Under the pieces are notes generated by a model. It was not told the DNA's origin. It saw only the letters and a program-made list of their open reading frames with translations, and searched no databases. From Alkalispirochaeta sp. (GTDB lineage: Bacteria; Spirochaetota; Spirochaetia; DSM-27196; Alkalispirochaetaceae): DNA of 64,000 nt. The translations under genes and the position numbers were made by a program. The stretch is from contig CBDESZ010000022.1 of NCBI GenBank assembly GCA_965242725.1, positions 1 through 64,000 of the forward strand, given 5' to 3'. Every line of letters begins with the position of its first letter. The stretch's first letter is position 1. Shown here one piece after another: positions 9,158 through 17,018 of the stretch.

Positions 9158-10441
9158 CTATCGCACGTAGTCAAATAGTTGCGGAAGCCAAAGCGTGATC
9201 GGCTCGATATACGTCACCAGGAGAAGGACTACAATTTCTATACCGAGAAAGGGCAGGACCGCCCGTGCGACCTCTTCGAGCTTCAGTTTTGTCAGACCGC
9301 ATACCACAAAGAGACAAAGACCGAGGGGCGGGGTGATGAGACCGATCATCAGATTAATGACCACGACGGCACCCAGCGTCACCGGATGAATACCGAAGGG
9401 TGCGGTAATTTGAATGAGCACGGGAACGGTGATGATCATGGCCGCCGTTCCTTCTACAAAGGTCCCGAGAATAAGCAGAACGATGTTGATCCAAAACAGC
9501 AGAGCCACCGGACTCGCGACGAGATCACCGACTATTGCGGCCATTTGCTGCGGTATCTGCTCAATCGCGAGCACCCAGTTAAAAATTGCGGCCGAAGCAA
9601 TGACGATGAAGACGACTCCCGTCGTTTTTGCCGTCCGAACGGCGATATCTTTCAGGGTCCTGAGGTCAAGTTTGTGAAACACAAATCCGCCGACTATCAG
9701 GGCATATACAACGGCAATACCTGACGCTTCCGTCGCGGTGAATACGCCGGAAAGAATGCCTCCAAGGATGATTACCGGCATCAACAACGGAATGAATGCG
9801 GCAACCAGTGCAACAAACATTTCCCTGACGGTCGCTCTCCGGGCGTTTTTGGGGTAATTTCGCTTCCGGGCAATGATAAAGGTCACCCCCATCAAACCGA
9901 ATCCCAGAAGAATTCCGGGAATAACCCCGGCAAGAAACAACGCGGCCACAGATGTTCCGCTTATAAGTGAGTAAATGACAAAAGGAATGCTGGGAGGGAT
10001 AATAGGTCCGATTACCGACGATGATACGGTGACGGCGGCACTGAAGTCCTCATCATACCCCTCTTCATTCATTGCGGGAATCAACATGGAACCGATCGCC
10101 GATGTGTCCGCAACTGCCGAACCGGTAATTCCCGCAAAAAACATGCTCGTCACGATATTGACGTGGGCCAGACCACCCTGGAGATGACCGACAAGAACAT
10201 CTGCGAGACGGACGAGACGTTTGGTTATTCCGGTGCTGTTCATCAGCTCTCCAGCCAGGATAAAGAACGGCACCGCCATAAAAGGGTACACGTCAAGTCC
10301 GGTAAAAAGACGTTGTGCTATGAGCGTCATCGGAATCGAAGGATTCGCGAAAAGGTACGCCGCTGATGCAAAGGCGAGGCCGAAGGCAATGGGCACTCCT
10401 ATCGCCGTTGCGAATGCAAAAACAATGAGCAGCAAAATCAT
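9158..10441 (-). CDS. dctM: TRAP transporter large permease
   Basis: AVPFFILAGELM, GSAVAD, IIPPSIP, FTATEA, IGLITPP.G motifs; very hydrophobic. Confidence 0.95.
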   Translation of the reverse strand: MILLLIVFAFATAIGVPIAFGLAFASAAYLFANPSIPMTLIAQRLFTGLDVYPFMAVPFFILAGELMNSTGITKRLVRLADVLVGHLQGGLAHVNIVTSMFFAGITGSAVADTSAIGSMLIPAMNEEGYDEDFSAAVTVSSSVIGPIIPPSIPFVIYSLISGTSVAALFLAGVIPGILLGFGLMGVTFIIARKRNYPKNARRATVREMFVALVAAFIPLLMPVIILGGILSGVFTATEASGIAVVYALIVGGFVFHKLDLRTLKDIAVRTAKTTGVVFIVIASAAIFNWVLAIEQIPQQMAAIVGDLVASPVALLFWINIVLLILGTFVEGTAAMIITVPVLIQITAPFGIHPVTLGAVVVINLMIGLITPPLGLCLFVVCGLTKLKLEEVARAVLPFLGIEIVVLLLVTYIEPITLWLPQLFDYVR

Positions 10442-10920
10442 GAGTTTCCGTCCTTCAATTCTATGATTGTCCGCTTGATCTGTTGGGCTACCATGAGAAA
10501 TGCGCCGGCACATACCGAGAAATAGGGAACTTGCATGGATATTCCCATTGCCGGAGAGGTCTGCCCCTTCAATCTGTCCATATATTTTAGAGAAAGATAT
10601 GTTAATAGTACTAAAAATGACAGTATAAACATGTTAATGATAAAATCTATCACTTTTCGAATTGACGGTGAGGCGAGTTCTTTGACAACCACAAGGGATA
10701 CGTGATCGTGATCGCGAAGGGCCAGCCCCATACCGAGATAGGCAAACCAGATCATGATATACCTGGCAAACTCCTCGGCCCAGATAATCGGCAAATAGAA
10801 GACGTAGCGGGTAAACACGTTGAATGCGACATTCACGACCATGACGACGAGCATGATCGCCAAGGTATGTTCAATAATGCCGTCGAAAACAAGATATATC
10901 CGCCTGATAGTCCGTATCAC
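10438..10920 (-). CDS. dctQ: TRAP transporter small permease
   Basis: VFTRYVF..PI.WAEEFARY..IW..YLG....DHV, four TM helices. Confidence 0.92.
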   Translation of the reverse strand: MIRTIRRIYLVFDGIIEHTLAIMLVVMVVNVAFNVFTRYVFYLPIIWAEEFARYIMIWFAYLGMGLALRDHDHVSLVVVKELASPSIRKVIDFIINMFILSFLVLLTYLSLKYMDRLKGQTSPAMGISMQVPYFSVCAGAFLMVAQQIKRTIIELKDGNS

Positions 10921-10957
10921 AACGTCACGTCCTTTGGTGTCACATCGTCTGTAAACA

Positions 10958-10987
10958 AATAGGGCGAGTCACCGGACCCGCCCTATT
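10958..10987. other. Intergenic stem-loop downstream of dctP
   Basis: AATAGGGCGAGTC...GACCCGCCCTATT near-perfect inverted repeat, no clear U-tract; position typical of transcript-stabilising hairpins after solute-binding-protein genes. Confidence 0.55.
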
Positions 10988-11001
10988 ATCCAGGTACCGT
11001 T

Positions 11002-12078
11002 TCAGTATTCCGCTTTCATCGCCGCGACGGTCGATTCAACAGCGTCCATCGCTTCCTGAATGAGCGCCGGATCAATCTGTGTTTCCATCCACTCGATGAC
11101 CGCGGGTTGTGCCGCCTGCCGGAATTGCTGCATTTCCTGTTCCGTGGGAACGTACACGTCCATACCGAGTTCCTGGAGCTTGCTGACGCCTGTAGAACCG
11201 AGAGCATTCTGGACACCACGGCCTACGCCGTTGGCGATACGTGCAGAATCAAGAACGACAAACTTCAGCCCCTCCGGGAGACTCTGGAAGAAATCCTCGT
11301 TGATGAGAAACCAGTCGACACCGTAGACGTGACCGTCCAGGGTGATGTAGTCCTGCACCTCCGGGAAATTGGCTCCAAGAATAACCGCCACAGGATTCTC
11401 CTGTCCGTCTACCACACCTGTTTGCAGGGCCGAATAGGTTTCGGGCCACGCAATCGGTGTCGGGGTGGCGCCGAGCGACTTGACCAGGTTCACGAAGACG
11501 GGAGTTTCCTGGACTCGGAATCGCAGTCCCCGCATATCCGCCGGAGTGCGTATACGTCTGCTGTCGTTCGTAAAATGGCGAAATCCAACTTCCGCAAATC
11601 CGAGACATCTGATTCCCGTTTCCTCAAGCAAACGTTCCCGCATCATATCGCCGAACGGGCCATCCATTGTCGCCCATGCAACTGCCTCAGTCGGGAAGAG
11701 ATATGGAATATCCGTGACCATCGCCGGCGGAAAGAAACTTGCCATGACACCGGAGGCGATTCCCGCCTCTATGGTACCGTTTTGTATACCTTCAACGTAC
11801 TCCCGCTCGCCTCCCAGTGCACCTCCTCCGTACACTTCAACGCTGATCTGGCCATTGCTCCGCGCGTTGACCAGGGCTGCAAATGCGATCGCCTGGGTGT
11901 GTTTCCTTGATGTATATACATTCGTCGCATCGGCGTGGGCAAGTTTCAGGACGTACTGGGCGTCCTGGGGCGCCTGTACTTCAGGCTGCTCCTTCGGTTG
12001 TTCTCCCTGTCCTCCCGCAATCGCGAAAGCGGCGACCGCCGTGATCAGGACGATCAGCAACGCTAACTTCTTCATCAT
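11002..12078 (-). CDS. dctP: TRAP transporter substrate-binding protein
   Basis: Signal peptide then AGGQGE; GFRHFT, DMRGLRFRVQ (carboxylate-binding Arg), ETYSALQTGVVDGQEN. Confidence 0.95.
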   Translation of the reverse strand: MMKKLALLIVLITAVAAFAIAGGQGEQPKEQPEVQAPQDAQYVLKLAHADATNVYTSRKHTQAIAFAALVNARSNGQISVEVYGGGALGGEREYVEGIQNGTIEAGIASGVMASFFPPAMVTDIPYLFPTEAVAWATMDGPFGDMMRERLLEETGIRCLGFAEVGFRHFTNDSRRIRTPADMRGLRFRVQETPVFVNLVKSLGATPTPIAWPETYSALQTGVVDGQENPVAVILGANFPEVQDYITLDGHVYGVDWFLINEDFFQSLPEGLKFVVLDSARIANGVGRGVQNALGSTGVSKLQELGMDVYVPTEQEMQQFRQAAQPAVIEWMETQIDPALIQEAMDAVESTVAAMKAEY

Positions 12079-12174
12079 GCCCTCCTTACGATTCGCAGGG
12101 TCAATCCCTGCGGGTAACATTTTTTCCGGGACAACGTCCCGGTTGAAACCATGAAATGCCGACGCGAGTTGTCG

Positions 12175-13140
12175 TCACGACGGATATGCAACCGTATAGA
12201 TGTGTTTGCCGCCCTTATCCACACCTCGCAAAAGCGCGTCGATCTCGTCCTTGTCCCGCTGCGTCAGGTATTTCGCTTCCGGCAGCTTGCCTGCAGGAAA
12301 TCTTTCGAGAACGTCGTCGTGGAGTTTGACTACATAGTCCATAAAGGTCTCGATCGCGTTGTACGCCTTTTCACCCTTTGCCTTTGACGGCTTTCCAAGG
12401 ACTCCTTCGGGATAGACGGCAAATTCGACGCCTCCTCCACCGACGTGACTCTGGCCGGCAAGGGGCAGACCGTAGACGTCTCCGCCTTTATCGATATGGC
12501 CTTCCGGCAGGAACCCCCACGTCTCCGTATCAACTGCGTGTTCCATCTGTATCATCTCCGGAAAGAGAGCCAGACAGACCGAGTTTTCCGCCTCATCTCC
12601 GTGACGGAACGGTGTATCGAAAGGACCTCCGTGGGCTTTGTCTTTAATTCCGTCACCCGCGATTTTCCAGACATCAAGGAAGAAAATCATTGCAGGTACC
12701 TGATATCTCTTGGCCCATTCCTGCATGGCCGAGGGAATTATGTATTCCTGACCGTGACTGCTCATAAGAATCTGTTTCCGGAAACCCGCATTCCAATATC
12801 CCGAAATGATTGAACGGATATAGGCCGAGTTTACGTCGTCCGGAATCGGCACCGTAAATCGCTGTCCCAGATGCGCAAAGGGATGGGAGGCGTAGAAGAT
12901 GGGAGAAGCCACCGTACATCCCGTTTTTTGGGCAATTTGTTCACACATTCGTGTGACAATGAACGTATCCTCGCCCATCGGCTGGGCATCACCGTGGTTC
13001 TCGGTTGAGCCGAAAGGAATGAGAAGAACGTCGTTTTTCTCGAGCCTCATTTCGAGTTCCCGCTTGGTCATTGTGTGATAGTAAATACCGTTCGGTGTTT
13101 CCAGATGTCCACCAGACGGCGGAAGGGTCCACTTTCCCAT
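12175..13140 (-). CDS. iolN: Creatininase-family ring-opening hydrolase, IolN (3-dehydro-scyllo-inosose hydrolase)-like
   Basis: GSTENHG, GEDTF, GYWNAGFRKQI...HGQE, HGDEAE, GFLPEGHIDK, YPEGVLGK; closely resembles Thermotoga IolN as recalled; substrate may differ. Confidence 0.8.
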   Translation of the reverse strand: MGKWTLPPSGGHLETPNGIYYHTMTKRELEMRLEKNDVLLIPFGSTENHGDAQPMGEDTFIVTRMCEQIAQKTGCTVASPIFYASHPFAHLGQRFTVPIPDDVNSAYIRSIISGYWNAGFRKQILMSSHGQEYIIPSAMQEWAKRYQVPAMIFFLDVWKIAGDGIKDKAHGGPFDTPFRHGDEAENSVCLALFPEMIQMEHAVDTETWGFLPEGHIDKGGDVYGLPLAGQSHVGGGGVEFAVYPEGVLGKPSKAKGEKAYNAIETFMDYVVKLHDDVLERFPAGKLPEAKYLTQRDKDEIDALLRGVDKGGKHIYTVAYPS

Positions 13141-13156
13141 ATTACACTCCTTGGTC

Positions 13157-13525
13157 TTAGGCGTTTTCGACGCGATGCTGTTTGAGTTGAGGCGAGTACA
13201 TCCAGACAAATTTCAGGACTTCGTCGCCGGTATTGATGATCTTGTGCTTGGCTCCGGGAGGATTGTAGATACAGACCCCCGGTTCGAGCGGTATTTCTTC
13301 TTCTGCGGTAACAAAGACACCCCTCCCTGCAAGAAAGAACATGACTTCCTCTTCGGTCTCGTGCATGTGTTCCGGAACCATTCCTCCCGGATACGTCTCG
13401 TTGACTCCCATGGCGATATTCTTGGAGCCGACGGTCTTTTCCGATACGAGGATCCAGGAGGTACGGGGCGGATCGCGCCGTTCTCCTTTGACATTCTTTA
13501 TATTCACTACCTTTACAGCCGACAC
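13157..13525 (-). CDS. Cupin domain protein
   Basis: PGGMVPEHMHETEEEV...G.G and PPGAKH cupin metal motifs; AGGAGG before GTG 13525. Confidence 0.88.
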   Translation of the reverse strand: MSAVKVVNIKNVKGERRDPPRTSWILVSEKTVGSKNIAMGVNETYPGGMVPEHMHETEEEVMFFLAGRGVFVTAEEEIPLEPGVCIYNPPGAKHKIINTGDEVLKFVWMYSPQLKQHRVENA

Positions 13526-13580
13526 ATGTTCCTCCTTTTTCTGTCGCATACGTTGTTTTTGGTACACAAATGGGTATCTC

Positions 13581-14651
13581 TCATCCTCCGGTCGCCCCCT
13601 TCGAGACAACGTCGCCAAGGCGGACGGACAATCCCCTTTTTTTAAAGACGGCATCGATCTCCCTGATCGTTTTTGCGTCGATAGTGATGCCTTCCGACCG
13701 CGCCGTCATTTCCCTGATCGCCTCGATTTCTCCGGGAAGATAGATGCGCTCCACTCCCTCGGCCTTTTTTGACGCACGAATTGCCGCGACGTGATGTGAA
13801 ACATGAGACCGGAAAACGGACATCGGCATGAATCGCCCGATGTCGATGGCCATGACCATTACGCCCACACCGGTCGGACCGTCGGGGCGGTGAAAGGTCA
13901 GGACGTCACGACTGAAACTCGATCCCGACAACAGACCGCATACGAGATCGATAAAGAATGCCATTCCATAGCCCTTTGCACCGCCGATCGGCATGAGGGT
14001 ACCCCGCATCGCTTCTGCAGGATCCTCGGTTTCATCTCCATTGGGGGTAAAGGCCCATCCCCTGGGAATGTGTTCGTCCCTGTCCAGGGCACGACGTATA
14101 CGGCCACGGGCGACAACCGTCGTGGACATATCCAATACAATAGGCACGCCTCCATCGGCAGGTGCCGCGATAGAGAATGGATTGGTACCAAAAAAGGCCT
14201 CCGTACCGCCCCAGGGGGCGACGGACGGGGCACTGTTGCACGCGGCGAAACCGATCATGTCCCTTTCAGCGGCCATCATGGAGTACGAAGCCAATAGTCC
14301 TATGTGGTTTGTGTTTCGAATTAATGCCATACCGATCCCGTAGCGGGACGCGGCGTCAATTGCTTGCTCCATGCCCAACGTCGCTGCCACCTGGCCAAAT
14401 CCATTGTTTCCGTCGATGTGGGAGGTCCCGCCGTCCCGGGAAAGGACGACCGCCCGGGTCGGCACATTCAGGACGTGACCCTCAATACGCTCAGCAATTT
14501 TCGGGAGAAAGTTGATGCCGTGAGTCTGGATTCCCCGCATTTCAGCGTGGACGAGGCTGCGCGCAACTACTCCCGCCTCTTCATCAGAGGCGCCGACGGC
14601 AACGAGAAAAGTCCGGGCAACCGATTCCAGATCTTCCACGCTGATCGTCAT
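13581..14651 (-). CDS. Ldh_2 family (ComC/AllD/YbiC-like) 2-hydroxyacid oxidoreductase
   Basis: RGIQTHG, DGNNGFGQ, NTNHIG, GTNPFS, LDMSTT, GGAKGYG, YLPGE. Confidence 0.92.
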   Translation of the reverse strand: MTISVEDLESVARTFLVAVGASDEEAGVVARSLVHAEMRGIQTHGINFLPKIAERIEGHVLNVPTRAVVLSRDGGTSHIDGNNGFGQVAATLGMEQAIDAASRYGIGMALIRNTNHIGLLASYSMMAAERDMIGFAACNSAPSVAPWGGTEAFFGTNPFSIAAPADGGVPIVLDMSTTVVARGRIRRALDRDEHIPRGWAFTPNGDETEDPAEAMRGTLMPIGGAKGYGMAFFIDLVCGLLSGSSFSRDVLTFHRPDGPTGVGVMVMAIDIGRFMPMSVFRSHVSHHVAAIRASKKAEGVERIYLPGEIEAIREMTARSEGITIDAKTIREIDAVFKKRGLSVRLGDVVSKGATGG

Positions 14652-14654
14652 CCT

Positions 14655-15326
14655 TCACTCCTCAACCAGGCCAAGGGATGCGAACACGTTGTCCAGGCCA
14701 CTGAGTTCCACGTTTGGAATCCCTTCCTTGAGGCGTTTGCGTTTGTCCTCCTCTTTACGGACACGAGTCTCTGCAGCCGCCAACACCTCGTCGATTCGGT
14801 CCCGCGGTATCGCGACCACCCCGTCGTCGTTACCAAGAACGAGGTCCCCCGGATGAACGACGACATCTCCGATCAGAATCGGATGGTTTACCAGGCCCAG
14901 GCATTGTTTGCTTGTACCCCGGACGCACGTCCCGCGGCAGAATACAGGGAATCCCATTTCAATGATTTCGGAGCTGTCCCGTATACTGCCGTCAATGACG
15001 AGACCGGCGATCCCTCGGGCGGAAGCGGAAGTCGCCATCAATTCGCCCCAGTATCCGGCTTCCGGAAATCCATCGGTGGCAGCCACTATCACATCTCCGG
15101 GACGGGCGATTTGAATTGCCTTATGCAGCATCAAATTGTCTTTTGGATGACAAAGAACGGTCAGTGCCGGTCCCACTACCGACATACCCTGAGCTATGGG
15201 TTTAATATTTGAACGAATGGCACCGATTCGTCCGGCAGCTTCATGAACGGTAGCTGCGTCCAATTTCGCAAACCTTTTGACAGTCGCAAGGTCCGGTCGC
15301 GGAAACTCTCTGTGGACATGGACCAT
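14655..15326 (-). CDS. RraA-family HMG/CHA aldolase (LigK/GalC-like)
   Basis: ATVHEA, GPALTV...DNLMLH, WGELM, IDGSIRD, PGDLVLGNDDGVV; ATG 15326 fits the AAGGAG spacing. Confidence 0.88.
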   Translation of the reverse strand: MVHVHREFPRPDLATVKRFAKLDAATVHEAAGRIGAIRSNIKPIAQGMSVVGPALTVLCHPKDNLMLHKAIQIARPGDVIVAATDGFPEAGYWGELMATSASARGIAGLVIDGSIRDSSEIIEMGFPVFCRGTCVRGTSKQCLGLVNHPILIGDVVVHPGDLVLGNDDGVVAIPRDRIDEVLAAAETRVRKEEDKRKRLKEGIPNVELSGLDNVFASLGLVEE

Positions 15327-15338
15327 TCGCACGCTCCT

Positions 15339-16013
15339 TTATTTCATAGTCATTATGTACGTCAGTGCATTTTTCAGATGTTCCCGCAATCGTTGTTGAG
15401 CAAGTTCCGTGTTTCCGTCGACGATGGCGTCCAGAATAGCGACGTGTTCGTCGACGATGTGTTCCAATCTGCGTTGAGAAAAACGAGGGCCGAAACTGTT
15501 GCGAATTCTCACGATGGAATCGAGAATTTCCCGATACAGCTGGGACAGTCGTTCGTTCCCGACGCTGTCTATTATTTCAAGATGGAGATCGTCGCAGGCA
15601 TCGTCGGCGCAGAATTCATCTGAACGGCTTATCGAAAGCTGGTTTTGTACGAGCGTATTCCGACGATTGACAAATACAGTTTTGTCATCCAACTGCGCCG
15701 CATGTCGTATGGCCCCGCACTCAATAATTTCCCGAACTTCGAAAACTTCGTGAATGTCCGAGGATGAAATATACGACACAATAGATCCGCGACCGGCGAT
15801 GGTTTTTACCAGACCTTCCCGTTCCAACCGGCGCAAAGCTTCCCGCACGGGGGTCTTGCTCACCCCCAGCGAGTCGGCATACACCGTTTCGTTGATCGGC
15901 GTGCCCGGCTGCAACGTACAGGCGATAATCTGACACCGCAGTTGTTCATAGGCGTATTCAACTTTGTTCTTCGTCGGTACCTGCAACACCTTCAGCTCCT
16001 TCGGTATACTCAC
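15339..16013 (-). CDS. GntR family transcriptional regulator with FCD domain
   Basis: LGVSKTPVREALRRLEREGLV winged HTH; EVREIIE and EHVAILDAI FCD features. Confidence 0.93.
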   Translation of the reverse strand: MSIPKELKVLQVPTKNKVEYAYEQLRCQIIACTLQPGTPINETVYADSLGVSKTPVREALRRLEREGLVKTIAGRGSIVSYISSSDIHEVFEVREIIECGAIRHAAQLDDKTVFVNRRNTLVQNQLSISRSDEFCADDACDDLHLEIIDSVGNERLSQLYREILDSIVRIRNSFGPRFSQRRLEHIVDEHVAILDAIVDGNTELAQQRLREHLKNALTYIMTMK

Positions 16014-16035
16014 AATATACTCTTAGTACATTAGA

Positions 16036-16064
16036 ACTATACGATGGGTATACGGTGCTGTCAA
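16036..16064 (-). promoter_or_regulatory. Sigma70 promoter of the gntR operon with operator in the spacer
   Basis: Minus strand TTGACA-17 nt-TATAGT; the spacer contains GTATACCCAT. Confidence 0.8.
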
Positions 16065-16153
16065 ATAATTTTTCGTTTCATTTTGAGGGGGAAATGCATA
16101 TCCGATGCTGGTCCGTCGGAAACACCGGATCGAAATCTATAGGAACGTGGCGT

Positions 16154-16591
16154 TCAGCCCCGGATATCCAACATGACGCCGGAGGAGCGGGTGGATGAGT
16201 ACACGGTCTTGCGTCGGGGAGGGACTTTCAACCCGGCGATCTCCCGGGCTGTTTCGGTTCGTTTTTGGGCAAGAATCTGCCGGTTCCGTCGGTGCAGAAT
16301 CGCAGCTTGTTTGTAGAGGGAATTTATTTCATCCACGTTGGCGAGGATCTCTTCACGTTCTGAGGGCTCGGGAAGTCTCACTATGGCCAACGCGTCCAGC
16401 TCTTCCAGGATTTGTCGTTCTCTGGAGATTGTCTCCTCTACATGGTTCAGGTCATTCTGTTCCAGGGCACGTCGCTGGACCGCGAGAAGGTGCAGGTAGT
16501 GGATCAACAGCTCCCGTTGTCTGTTGCAATGTCGCAGGCGGACTTCAGTGAGGGAAGCCGCCGGCCGGGAGATTCGACGATCAGCCGGCAA
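16154..16591 (-). CDS. FlgN-like flagellar export chaperone
   Basis: Helical protein overlapping the fliS stop; QRE...YL.LL..Q pattern and C-terminal MLDIRG. Confidence 0.6.
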   Translation of the reverse strand: MPADRRISRPAASLTEVRLRHCNRQRELLIHYLHLLAVQRRALEQNDLNHVEETISRERQILEELDALAIVRLPEPSEREEILANVDEINSLYKQAAILHRRNRQILAQKRTETAREIAGLKVPPRRKTVYSSTRSSGVMLDIRG

Positions 16592-17006
16592 TATTTACAC
16601 CGCCCCCGGACGGCCGACCGCCGGCGCTTGTGTTTTCAATCTGCTTCCACGCATCCCGCAGTTCCGCCATGAGACTGCGCACCTCCCGCAGTGGACCGTC
16701 GCTCTTTTTCACGTTCCCTTCCATGAGGCGATCATTGAAAAACATGTAGAGGCGGAAAAGATTCTGGGCGATCTCGCCGCCACTTTCCATATCCAGCGAT
16801 ACCATCAGCTCCGTGACGATGCTCTGCGCCTTGATAATGGCGTTGTTTATCGCATCCAGTTTTTTGCTCTCCGAGCTGATGCCGTCCAGTGCGATATCGA
16901 TCTGGCGCAGCGCCTCTTCATAGAGCATGACGATTACCCTTCCCTGGGTCGCCGTCTTTACGCTCGTCTGGCGATATGCCTGCACCGAACTCTGTTGATA
17001 AGCCAT
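16581..17006 (-). CDS. fliS: Flagellar export chaperone FliS
   Basis: AYRQTSVKTA..G..IVMLYE, KAQSIVTELMVSLDME.GGEIAQNL..LY, ELRDAW. Confidence 0.96.
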   Translation of the reverse strand: MAYQQSSVQAYRQTSVKTATQGRVIVMLYEEALRQIDIALDGISSESKKLDAINNAIIKAQSIVTELMVSLDMESGGEIAQNLFRLYMFFNDRLMEGNVKKSDGPLREVRSLMAELRDAWKQIENTSAGGRPSGGGVNIAG

Positions 17007-17018
17007 GTCTCCCCTCTC

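Noticed and set aside
7018..13140. Plain Thermotoga-type myo-inositol pathway
   Set aside because: Not excluded, but the transporter is a carboxylate-type TRAP, no kinase was seen, and aroE/aroQ and the CHA aldolase would be unexplained
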